Source: Neoechinorhynchus agilis
Taxonomy: Eukaryota > Animalia > Acanthocephala
DNA length: 64,000 nucleotides
Assembly (NCBI GenBank): GCA_051530055.1
Contig: CM121342.1
Span: 10,183,480-10,247,479, forward strand
Direction: 5' to 3'
In this document: one piece after another, positions 1 through 12,000 of the stretch
Position numbering within the stretch: position 1 is the first letter of the stretch
How the letters are laid out: each line of letters begins with the position of its first letter
Program-made: the position numbers and the translations under genes
Notes under the pieces: generated by a model
Told to the model about the DNA's origin: nothing
Seen by the model: the letters and a program-made list of their open reading frames with translations, nothing else
Database searches by the model: none

Positions 1-518
1 GCAATACTTAACTTATACCCGTCGATTTTTCCCGCTGATTTTTGCACGATTGCATACATAAAAAATTGAGCAAGACACTGGTTTCCTACATAAAATCATT
101 CAGTGTTATCCGAAAAATAGCGAAATCTTTCGGGTTATGCCATGTGAATTTTAGGTATCCATTAGCCTAGACCTAAAGTTGGAAAAATCAAGTTGACCTT
201 TCTTTGTTTTCTAAGATGAAAATTCTGGAATTTTTATTGGTAAATTTATGTGTTTGTTTTTTATGGCGGTTAGAAATTAAAGGAATTTATTAAATCCGAT
301 ATTTTGGAGTCACAATCTTGTACACCTTTTAATCAAGGTTGTTTGGAAGTTTTTTCAAGTGTACGTACGAGATTGTGCGCCAAAATATTCGGACTTAATA
401 AATTCCTTCAATTTTTTCGCCACAAAACACGAATAATTCAATCTTCAAGCGTAAATTTGTGCACTAGGAACAAATTTGAATAGTAAAATTTATGGAGCAA
501 TTACATTTATAATACTCA

Positions 519-3050
519 AAATCATTATCGATTAAGATATAAATTGCCGATATGTGACGAGGTACCTTGTTATATGATTAGAAATGTTTTTGTTAGTAAT
601 TTAACAAACTGATAATGCTCCAGACGAGGTTAAAATCGTCTTTAATACAAAAAATCCTTTACCGGATGAAGGCCTAAATAACATTTTTGGCTATAAATCG
701 GAGACCAATGCTAAATCGCCTTTGTGTAAGTTTCTGAAGTTCTAATATTGACGATCTTAAAATCTATTACATTCGCCAGAAATTATTATTTTTTATGAGT
801 TTCCTCCATTTCGAAGCACTTTATTTCCTTTGCTTTTCCTAAAGATACGATCTTCTTATTTTATTAAATAGTCATTTCTTTTGCCCTTAAATTGACAGTT
901 GCAAAACTCCATGGGCGCTGAAATTTATGGAGAAATTCCTTTTATAATATCTAAGTTAAAATGAAGTGCTCTTAAAAATCATTATCGATTTAGATATAAA
1001 TTGCCAATTTGTGATGAGGTACCGAGTTATATGATTACAGTTTTATTAGTAATTTAACAGACTGATAATGAACCTAAAGACGTTATAAGCGTCTTTGATA
1101 AAAAAATACTGTATGAAGATCTAAATAACACTTTTGGCTTTAAATCGGAGACCAATGCTAAATCGCCTTTGTGTAAGTTTCTGAAGTTCTAATATTGACG
1201 ATATTAAATTCTATTACATTCGCCAGAAATTATTATTTTTTATGAATTTCCTCCATTTCGAAGCACTTTATTTCCTTTGCTTTTCCTAAAGATACGATCT
1301 TCTTATTTTATTAAATAGTCATTTCTTTTGCCCTTAAATTGGCAGTTGCAAAACTCCATGGGCGCTTAAATTTATGGAGAAATTCCTTTTATAATATCTA
1401 AGTTAAAATGAAGTGCTCTTAAAAATCATTATCGATTTAGATATAAATTGCCAATTTGTGATGAGGTACCGAGTTATATGATTACAGTTTTATTAGTAAT
1501 TTAACAGACTGATAATGAACCTAAAGACGTTATAAGCGTCTTTGATAAAAAAATACTGTATGAAGATCTAAATAACACTTTTGGCTTTAAATTGGATACC
1601 AATGCAAAATTGCCTGTGTGTAAGTTTCTGAAGTTCTAATATTGACGATATTAAATTCTATTACATTCGCCAGAAATTATTATTTTTTATGAGTTTCCTC
1701 CATTTCGAAGCACTTTATTTCCTTTGCTTTTCCTAAAGATACGATCTTCTTATTTTATTAAATAGTCATTTCTTTTGCCCTTAAATTGGCAGTTGCAAAA
1801 CTCCATGGGCGCTTAAATTTATGGAGAAATTCCTTTTATAATATCTAAGTTAAAATGAAGTGCTCTTAAAAATCATTATCGATTTAGATATAAATTGCCA
1901 ATTTGTGATGAGGTACCGAGTTTTATGATTACAGTTTTATTAGTAATTTAACAGACTGATAATGAACCTAAAGACGTTATAAGCGTCTTTGATAAAAAAA
2001 TACTGTATGAAGATCTAAATAACACTTTTGGCTTTAAATTGGATACCAATGCAAAATTGCCTGTGTGTAAGTTTCTGAAGTTCTAATATTGACGATATTA
2101 AATTCTATTACATTCGCCAGAAATTATTATTTTTTATGATTTCTCATTTCGAAGCACTTTATTTCCTTGCTTTTCCTAAAGATACGATCTTCTTATTTTA
2201 TTAAATAGTCATTTCTTTTGCCCTTAAATTGGCAGTTGCAAACATGGGCTAAATTTATGGAGAACCTTTTATAATATCTAAGAAAAAGTTTTAAAAATCA
2301 TTATCGATTTAGATATAAATTGCCAATTTGTGATGAGGTACCGAGTTTATGATTACAGTTTTATTAGTAATTTAACAGACTGATAATGAACCTAAAGACG
2401 TTATAAGCGTCTTTGATAAAAAAATACTGTATGAAGATCTAAATAACACTTTGGCTTTAAATTGGATACCAATGCAAATGCCTTGTGTAAGTTTCTGAAG
2501 TTCTAATATTGACGATATTAAATTCTATTACATTCGCCAGAAATTATTATTTTTTATATTTCCTCCATTTCGAAGCACTTTATTTCCTTTGCTTTTCCTA
2601 AAGATACGATCTTCTTATTTTATTAAATAGTCATTTCTTTTGCCCTTAAATTGGCAGTTGCAAAACTCCATGGGCGCTTAAATTTATGGAGAAATTCCTT
2701 TTATAATATCTAAGTTAAAATGAAGTGCTCTTAAAAATCATTATCGATTTAGATATAAATTGCCAATTTGTGATGAGGTACCGAGTTTTATGATTACAGT
2801 TTTATTAGTAATTTAACAGACTGATAATGAACCTAAAGACGTTATAAGCGTCTTTGATAAAAAAATACTGTATGAAGATCTAAATAACACTTTTGGCTTT
2901 AAATCGGAGACCAATGCTAAATCGCCTTTGTGTAAGTTTCTGAAGTTCTAATATCGAGGAGCTCAACTTCGAAGCGCTTTATTTCTTTTGCTTTTCCTAA
3001 AATACGATCTTCTTATTTCATTAAATAGTCATTTTTTGCCCTTAAATTCA
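519..3050. repeat. Tandem array of a ~447-bp unit, about 5.5 copies
   Basis: The anchor ct/caaa(t)(c/t)gcc-tgtgtaagtttctgaagttctaata recurs at ~711, 1158, 1605, 2052, 2475 and 2917 (spacing 447, 447, 447, 423, 442). The copy at ~2130-2480 has many small deletions. Confidence 0.97.
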
Positions 3051-4274
3051 GCAATAAAAGGCACTATATGCAATTTTTCAACGCTTTGAAATTCAATATG
3101 TCGATAGCTGAAGTTATTCTCACATTTCTAAAAAAAATGTGAATTTTGAAAACCTGTTATTTTCAGAAAGTACTACATGATTATTCTACAAAAATTGAGA
3201 GCAAATCTGCATCAAAATCGGGAAAGGATAAAAAATTACTTAATGTTCATTTACGCTCCTGTTATTTTATAATCATTCGACTTAATCAGGTATTACTAAA
3301 TCTAACATTGGAAAACTAAATTTTGCACGTGCTCCAGGATACAGTGCTAATGAGTTTTCATCCTGGCACTAGTGCTAATGCACGAGACAGTCTCGTCATT
3401 CCAACTTGTCAGACGTATGTCACTGATCTCGGTTATACAGCTTTTCCTATTATTTTGGCCGAAACTCTACATAAAATTAATCGTAGACATTATACGATTT
3501 TTTATTAAAGACGTTTTGAACATCGTAACAAACTGATGAACCCGACGAGGAGGTTCGCAGAATGTCTTTAATCGAAAAAATAATTTGCCGGGTGAAGACT
3601 TCTAAACAATAAATCCTCAAATCATATACTCCTCGGTACCTACTCACATATCGATATAATCGTAGACAGATTTTTCAGATTATTGGAAATCATCAATATC
3701 GGCGTTCTATAGCCGGAATTAATGAGAAAAACATGGCAAGAAAAAAGATTATAGTTATAAATCAAATGCCTATTATTTCCCTAATCAATATTTTTTCTAC
3801 CTCTCATTTCCTTATTCCCAATGTTGAAATGATTATTTACGTTCACCAGTTAATTTTGACGTTCAAAACTCAAAATTATTTCCGTTTTTCGGTCACTAAT
3901 TGCTCGGTTATCCCAATTTTCACGTGTGAATTAATTGCTCTAATGAATAATTATTTGACTCACGTCCATTTTTAAAACCCTCATTTTCATAACGTAATTA
4001 ATAATAGACCAATGGGGTTCTTAGATTTTTTCGGGCTGTGAAATCGTCTCATTAGCATGTGAAATATGAATGCATCGATCAGGTTCTACTAATGGATCAC
4101 TCACGTAATGCAGTTCGGCTCATCAAGCCATTTATAGCCCATTTCACAACTGTGAAAACAAACACATTAGTTTCCTTGCGTTGCACTGATGTTTGTATAA
4201 TATAGTCCAGAGCACTCTGACACTATCGCCGAGAACTTTTCTTTGTGACTTACCGTATTTCTTTTTAGATCTAA

Positions 4275-6050
4275 ATGCCATCAACACGTAACACAAACGC
4301 AACCATACTGAACGGCCAACGGAAACGTCGACTTCAGTGTAAAGTCGAAGCTTCAACTTCCTCTTCAGGGGAAATGCTGGATCAATTCGCAGTAAAACGT
4401 CGACGCAGAGTACAGAAATCGATGACTATAACCTGTACAAAGCAAAAGGCTGACATTAACATCGGAATCGACGATCTAAAAAACTCCACTCTGATTAATA
4501 ATAATTGTTCGTCTAAACCCGAATTACTATTTAATAGCAACGATCAGAAATCAGTAATTGACTTAAACGAATTCGAATCTCAGGAACCAGTTCTCATACA
4601 AGAATTGCTTACCAATGATACCAAGCAAAGAAAAAGGCCGCATGATCTTGTTGATGATTCTGTTGAGATTCCACCTGTCAAAAAGATAGATAAAATCAGA
4701 AGTAAGCTTCTCTCAAAGCCCAATGTAGTTAGCAATGAAGAGTTTAACCGATTGAAAAATCAACTGATTGCACGATATAAAGATTTGAACCGTCATGCTC
4801 AAGATCAATCGGGCGAAACGCGGAAAAAGTATTCGGATTTTGCCAAAGTGGCTACGAAACAGTCCGATTCTCGTACAGAACTTCCACTCCCGCCTTGTTT
4901 TGCTATATTGCTCACGATATTCAAGCAGATTGATGTTATTCTTAATTTCCAATACATACGTCATCGTGAGGTTCCATTTAAAGAAATCCAGGAAGCTGTT
5001 AGCCAAATGAATCCACGTATTCGTCTTAGATTATCTCATGTGGCAATGATCCGGCGAATATTTGCTCATGCTTTTCAATATGGATTAAAACGAGTTGACG
5101 ACAATGAAAAAAGTGTCGAAGGAGATTCTGTGACTTTAGATGGTAAACGGCGACATCTTACACTGAAATTTGGATTTGATGGAACAAGAGACTATTTTAA
5201 AACCAGATCAGATATACTGGGCACTTCAGAAAATATGGATTTCGAATGGACCGAAAGTCGTTTAGATAGATATCTAGGGAACTCCAACAATGCTTTTGCT
5301 GCGGGATTCTTAGCTCGAAGAGCAAACATATTTCAAGAGCTTTTGCTGAATGAAACAAAAATTCAGCACGGACTATTTTTAGAAAAGCGCGGTATCTGCA
5401 ATCGCTCAACTGTAGTTAAAAGATGGCATCCTGAATTTATCCTAAGCGAGATTCCTTTTCCTCTCGAGGCTGAAATGCCTGAAATTCAAAACCACGAGAT
5501 CGTTTCGGACGGTGCAAAGTTTATACAACTTGCTGGGGCTCTCGACTCCATCAAGACTCGTCAATCTATGTATAAAATTGATGAAAAAGATTCCTTTCAG
5601 CAATTATCAACATCGGACATTCCCGAGGACGTGGTCAAATTAGTTGCGTTTCGCGAATCAAAAAGGAAATTAGTAGAATATTGGAAAGAAACTGAACAAT
5701 TTCATTTAATTAAGCTAAAGAAGGAACTTCCGTCAGTTGTTATGAGTATTTACGAATTGTTTGAGATGAAACGTGCTCGTGTCCTAAATTATGAGCACAT
5801 CCAGAGTCAAGCTATGCTTTGCATTCAACATCTTTCACACGCTGCCTTTGATGACATTGCCAATATTATTGGAAAGGATTTTGCCGATTGGATCTACATG
5901 ATTGAACTCAGGAGTGGGCAAAGGTATTTCAAACTTAAAAGAAATATTCCACGATCAGAGTTTAAAGAGATTCTAAAATCCTGGATATTGAAGTACAATG
6001 CTAGCGTAAAGGAACATCCGGATTTTGTGTGTTCAATGAAGATACTTTAG
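4275..6050 (+). CDS. CDT1: DNA replication licensing factor Cdt1, intronless, 591 aa
   Basis: LPLPPCFAILLTIFKQIDVILNF...FKEIQEAVSQM resembles the Cdt1 geminin-binding winged helix. KRWHPEFILSEIP matches the conserved xRWHPxF motif. A C-terminal winged-helix-like region follows. Confidence 0.88.
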   Translation: MPSTRNTNATILNGQRKRRLQCKVEASTSSSGEMLDQFAVKRRRRVQKSMTITCTKQKADINIGIDDLKNSTLINNNCSSKPELLFNSNDQKSVIDLNEFESQEPVLIQELLTNDTKQRKRPHDLVDDSVEIPPVKKIDKIRSKLLSKPNVVSNEEFNRLKNQLIARYKDLNRHAQDQSGETRKKYSDFAKVATKQSDSRTELPLPPCFAILLTIFKQIDVILNFQYIRHREVPFKEIQEAVSQMNPRIRLRLSHVAMIRRIFAHAFQYGLKRVDDNEKSVEGDSVTLDGKRRHLTLKFGFDGTRDYFKTRSDILGTSENMDFEWTESRLDRYLGNSNNAFAAGFLARRANIFQELLLNETKIQHGLFLEKRGICNRSTVVKRWHPEFILSEIPFPLEAEMPEIQNHEIVSDGAKFIQLAGALDSIKTRQSMYKIDEKDSFQQLSTSDIPEDVVKLVAFRESKRKLVEYWKETEQFHLIKLKKELPSVVMSIYELFEMKRARVLNYEHIQSQAMLCIQHLSHAAFDDIANIIGKDFADWIYMIELRSGQRYFKLKRNIPRSEFKEILKSWILKYNASVKEHPDFVCSMKIL

Positions 6051-6266
6051 AATGCCTTTTTGGTTCATCATGTTGTAAACTTCTGAAAATAAATCGATAA
6101 TTAAAAATAATGAATCTTTTATTGAAACCAGATTTTATTTTCGTGCATAATTAGGAGGAAAATTGATGATAATTGCTTTTAGACTAAAAAATACCGTGAA
6201 ATCACAAAATAGAGACCTTCATAAATTCTCACAAAAAATTACAAATAAAAAAGCAGAAAGTCCGAA

Positions 6267-8544
6267 TTAATTTCCGATTTTAATAAATCGATCAGGCAAC
6301 TCTTTTCCGGTAACACTTTGCAAGCAAGCATTCCGTAGTGTTGAGCATTTGATGTGGCAAATACATGCAAGCAACCGATCTGCCATTGTTGTATTCGATG
6401 CCAACGAGCAGAACAATCCAAGAGTGCAAACAACCGCGACCGACACATTATTGGACGGTAGCAGTGAACCGTACTCTCGTTTTTCGAATTGAGCGAGAAG
6501 AGGTGTGAAAAATACCGATTCGGCCAAAGCTACGAATCTATTTTCCACTAGTGAACCATTGCGCTTAGTTTCGTTTCCTTGGTTGAATACAGGTTCTAGA
6601 ATATATCTGACAATAGCATCCATCTTTCCATATTCCGAATATTCAATGCTACATGAATCAGACTTTTGACGAGGTTTAGTGTTCGCTAATCGCCTTGCGG
6701 ATTCCGAAAGTACGAAAAGACCAGATAGCATAGTTGAACTCGTTGTGTTTGAACCAAAACATCTATGAAGAACTATGGGAACTGATTCACGTGGACGCAA
6801 TACCGTAATATCTACCAACGATTCAAGCTTATCATGATCCTTACTGTTGTTCAGTTGGTTTCCAATAAATTGATCTAAATCACTAGTGATCGAATATATT
6901 TGGTCTTTGGCATTTTTGACATTTAAGCCCTTTCCATAACATTCCCTTACCAGGGGATAATCATCCTCATCTTCATAATCATCAGAATCGATTTGCGTAG
7001 TTTCCGGATCCGAGGGTGGATCTACTTTCGCGAGGCGTAGAAGTTCCAACGTCCAACCGTCATAAATGATAGCATTACCGAAATTCAATGGATTTTCTTC
7101 ATTTTTTCTGCGACGTGTAACCAACTCCCCAATTATCATTGCTGAGTGCTTTACCTTCTTATTCATATCCTCAATGGCACTGCTTAGACCTTCTATAATT
7201 GGAAGAACAGTTTCATTGGAGATTGTTCCTTTGATCACACCTAGAATCGCGCAAATTACCCGGGCATAGAAGCATGCTTTTTGACCGTGATATTTTTGTT
7301 TCGTTCGAACACTTTCCTTCCAACACTTTGCACTCTCATATAGAATATCTTCAAGCTCATTATGGAGATAAGACACGGACAATTCCAAAGAAGATGAACT
7401 TGTCTGAAGCCAATACTCGTCTCCGTGAAGCAACGAGTTGATAAAATAATCATTCATCAAACTATGATCAGCGTCATCGATAATCGATTGAAGTTCGCAC
7501 AGACTTATTCCACGTGATAACAAATAGTATAGGCATCGATGAGTACTAGAACCTCTTTTAATAATTTTTCCAATAATTTCAAGATTTGAAAACGTTAAGA
7601 GGCTGTATTTGACGAGATTCCAGAACTCAAGAGTAGTTACAAAAAAGAAGAAATTAAAATGATTTTATTTTAAAACAACTTTGATCAAAAGGCGTTCACA
7701 AGATTGTGCCTCGTCTAAACCAATCTGCAGTTTAAAAATTTATAATTATTTTAATTTTTCCATGCGCCATAAAACAATAAAAATATGAACAATTCAATCT
7801 TTAAACATATAGAAAAAAGGAGGAAATTTCTGAGATTAAATTGTCAATTTTCCAAACAGCACCATGTTTAATTCAATAAGAAAGGAAAACCTTTTTATCC
7901 ACAAGTATTCTGGAATTTGTGCACTAAAGGATGGATGGATTTCTATAGTTATTGCAACTTTTGTGAATAATTCGAGTAACGAGTTCCACATTTAGGCAGT
8001 TTGCCTCGCTAAAACATCTTTCAAAGCATTTTCCAACAAAGGTAAAGTATTCAATTTGACTCACGATTATTTTAGAAACGAGGTTCACGATCGGTAGGTC
8101 GTCCATGAGAATCACTCGTCCGACAATTATTGGAAAATCCAGAATATCATCGGTCACTTCAGACACAATAAGTCCTTCAACCATCGGATCTTGAATAAAA
8201 TCCTTTAAAACGTCCGAAAACCGATCAATTTTTGAGAATTCACAGAAAAACAAGTCAATCCACTTACGGACTGGTAAGCTTAAAGTCGACATTGAACGAA
8301 TACGGTTCAGAAATAGTTCAAAAACAGTTCTCCATTTTAATTGTACTATTGATTCCAATACAATAAACACCGAGCTAACATCAGTGGTGGCGACAAAATC
8401 TTCTTCAAAGATACGATCAAATAGTCTACTCAACGAATGTCTTATATCACTTTGGTTCAAATTGATATCAGTTGGAATTTTTTGAGCTTTGTAGTGTGAT
8501 CGTTCAAGTAGAAAGCGATCAACCATTTCATTCAAAACGTTCAT
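6267..8544 (-). CDS. TELO2: Telomere length regulation protein Tel2 homolog (TTT complex); exons 8544-7981, 7923-7891, 7724-7680, 7625-6267
   Basis: Contains VKHSAMIIGELV (cf. VRRLGMIVAEVV), the acidic DSDD CK2/PIH1-binding motif, and NRFVALAESVFFTPLLAQFE (cf. SRFNSVAGHFFFPLLQRFD). Three phase-0 GT-AG introns (57, 166 and 54 nt) join the ORFs in frame. Confidence 0.85.
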
Positions 8545-9004
8545 CTACAATGAATTTAAAAAAGCGTGAAATTAAATTTTGTTTTGCTTAATATAGAACA
8601 ATCTCTTATCCGGTGAAATATGCTCCCAAATTAGAAGCGAAAAAGTAACAGAATCATACATAAAATAATTTTATTAAACGTCGATTAGAAAGTTGGTACA
8701 AAATTCAAATTGAACTCGATTAAATCGAAAAATCGAGAATTATTCTGCACAATTTAAGAAGTGCAACATCATTGCGCAAGAGAAAAGAAAATCGAAAGAA
8801 AAAACCTAAGTTCGCTACTCTGCCTTGCTGATGAAATCATTATATTAAATTCGCTCATTTCTTCTGATCGATTGGTATTTTGCATTCTTTATACGATATT
8901 ATGATTTTTAGTTTGACACTTACATTTATGTTTCAAGAAGATTGTGCAGAAATATCGGATTTAATAAATTCCTTTAATTTTTCCGCAATAAACAAGTACT
9001 TAAA

Positions 9005-12000
9005 TTTATAAAATTGGTGAACTAAACTCGATCAAAAGAAACTAAAGTTATTCTATATAAAATTTGTTGAGCAAAACTCGACGAAAAGAAAATAATGTTA
9101 TTCTATATAAAATTTGTTGAGCAAAACTCGATGAAAAGAAACTAAAATTGTTCTTATTTCAACACTTCCTTAAATTTATAAAATTGGTGAACTAAACTCG
9201 GTGAAAATAAAATAAAATTGTTCTTATTTCAACACTTTCTCAAATTTATAAAATTGGTGAACTAAACTCGGTGAAAATAAAATAAAATTGTTCTTATTTG
9301 GATACTCTTAAATATATAAAATTTGTTGAACAAAACTCGGTGAAAAGAAACTAAAATTGTTCTTATTTCAACACTTTCTTAAATTTATAAAATTGGTGAA
9401 CTAAACTCGGTGAAAAAAATAAAATTGTTCTTATTTCAACACTTTCTCAAATTTATAAAATTGGTGAACTAAACTCGGTGAAAATAAAATAAAATTGTTC
9501 TTATTTCAACACTTTCTCAAATTTATAAAATTGGTGAACTAAACTCGGTGAAAATAAAATAAAATTGTTCTTATTTGGATACTCTTAAATATATAAAATT
9601 TGTTGAACAAAACTCGGTGAAAAGAAACTAAAATTGTTCTTATTTCAACACTTTCTTAAATTTATAAAATTGGTGAACTAAACTCGGTGAAAATAAAATA
9701 AAATTGTTCTTATTTCAACACTTTCTTAAATTTATAAAATTGGTGAACTAAACTCGGTGAAAATAAAATAAAATTGTTCTTATTTCAACACTTTCTCAAA
9801 TTTATAAAATTGGTGAACTAAACTCGGTGAAAATAAAATAAAATTGTTCTTATTTGGATACTCTTAAATATATAAAATTTGTTGAACAAAACTCGGTGAA
9901 AAGAAACCAAAATAATTCTTATTTCAGCACTTTCTTAAATTTATAAAATTGGTGAACTAAACTCAGTGAAAATAAAATAAAATTGTTCTTACTTCAACAC
10001 TTTCTCAAATTTATAAAATTGGTGAACTAAACTCGGTGAAAATAAAATAAAATGGTTCTTATTTGGATACTCTTAAATATATAAAATTTGTTGAACAAAA
10101 CTCGGTGAAAAGAAACTAAAATTGTTCTTATTTCAACACTTTCTTAAATTTATAAAATTGGTGAATTAAACTCGGTGAAAAGAAAATAAAATTGTTCTTA
10201 TTTCAACACTTTCTTAAATTTATAAAATTGGTGAATTAAACTCGGTGAAAATAAAATAAAATTGTTCTTATTTCAACACTTTCTCAAATTTATAAAATTG
10301 GTGAACTAAACTCGGTGAAAATAAAATAAAATTGTTCTTATTTGGATACTCTTAAATATATAAAATTTGTTGAACAAAACTCGGTGAAAAGAAACCAAAA
10401 TAATTCTTATTTCAACACTTTCTTAAATTTATAAAATTGGTGAACTAAACTCAGTGAAAATAAAATAAAATTGTTCTTACTTCAACACTTTCTCAAATTT
10501 ATAAAATTGGTGAACTAAACTCGGTGAAAATAAAATAAAATGGTTCTTATTTGGATACTCTTAAATATATAAAATTTGTTGAACAAAACTCGGTGAAAAG
10601 AAACTAAAATTGTTCTTATTTCAACACTTTCTTAAATTTATAAAATTGGTGAACTAAACTCGGTGAAAATAAAATAAAATTGTTCTTATTTCAACACTTT
10701 CTCAAATTTATAATTGGTGAACTAAACTCGGTGAAAATAAAATAAAATTGTTCTTATTTCAACACTTTCTCAAATTTATAAAATTGGTGAACTAAACTCG
10801 GTGAAAATAAAATAAAATTGTTCTTATTTGGATACTCTTAAATATATAAAATTTGTTGAACAAAACTCGGTGAAAAGAAACCAAAATAATTCTTATTTCA
10901 ACACTTTCTTAAATTTATAAAATTGGTGAACTAAACTCAGTGAAAATAAAATAAAATTGTTCTTACTTCAACACTTTCTCAAATTTATAAAATTGGTGAA
11001 CTAAACTCGGTGAAAATAAAATAAAATTGTTCTTATTTGGATACTCTTAAATATATAAAATTTGTTGAACAAAACTCGGTGAAAAGAAACCAAAATAATT
11101 CTTATTTCAACACTTTCTAAAATTTATAAAATTAATGAACTAAACTCAGTGAAAATAAAATAAAATTGTTCTTACTTCAACACTTTCTAAAATTTATAAA
11201 ATTAATGAACTAAACTCGGTGAAAATAAAATTAAATTGTTCTTATTTCAACACTTTCTCAAATTTATAAAATTGGTGAACTAAACTCGGTGAAAATAAAA
11301 TAAAATTGTTCTTGTTTGAATACTCTTAAATATATAAAATTTGTTGAACAAAACTCGGTGAAAAGAAACCAAAATAATTCTTATTTCAACACTTTCTTAA
11401 ATTTATAAAATTGGTGAACTAAACTCAGTGAAAATAAAATAAAATTGTTCTTACTTCAACACTTTCTCAAATTTATAAAATTGGTGAACTAAACTCGGTG
11501 AAAATAAAATAAAATTGTTCTTATTTGGATACTCTTAAATATATAAACATTGTTGAACAAAACTCGGTGAAAAGAAACTAAAATTGTTCTTATTTCGACA
11601 CTTTCTTAAATATATAAAATTGGTGGACTAAACTCGGTGAAAAGAAACTAAAATTGTTCTTATTTCAACACTTTCTCAAATTTATAAAATTTGTGAATTA
11701 AACTCGGTGAAAAGAAAATAAAATTGTTCTTATTTCAACACTTTCTCAAATTTATAAAATTGGTGAACTAAACTCGGTGAAAATAAAATAAAATTGTTCT
11801 TACTTCAGCACTTTCTCAAATTTATAAAATTGGTGAACTAAACTCAGTGAAAATAAAATAAAATTGTTCTTACTTCAACACTTTCTCAAATTTATAAAAT
11901 TGGTGAACTAAACTCGGTGAAAATAAAATTGTTCTTATTTGGATACTCTTAAATATATAAACATTGTTGAACAAAACTCGGTGAAAAGAAACTAAAATTG

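Noticed and set aside
4144-5409. Short ORFs overlapping or antisense to CDT1, and similar shadows of other genes
   Set aside because: Shadow frames of real coding sequence with no independent support.
7924-7980. Apparent 16-nt intron or hairpin insert in TELO2 (tgcaataa...ttagtgca)
   Set aside because: A normal 57-nt phase-0 GT-AG intron explains the frame and the stop.
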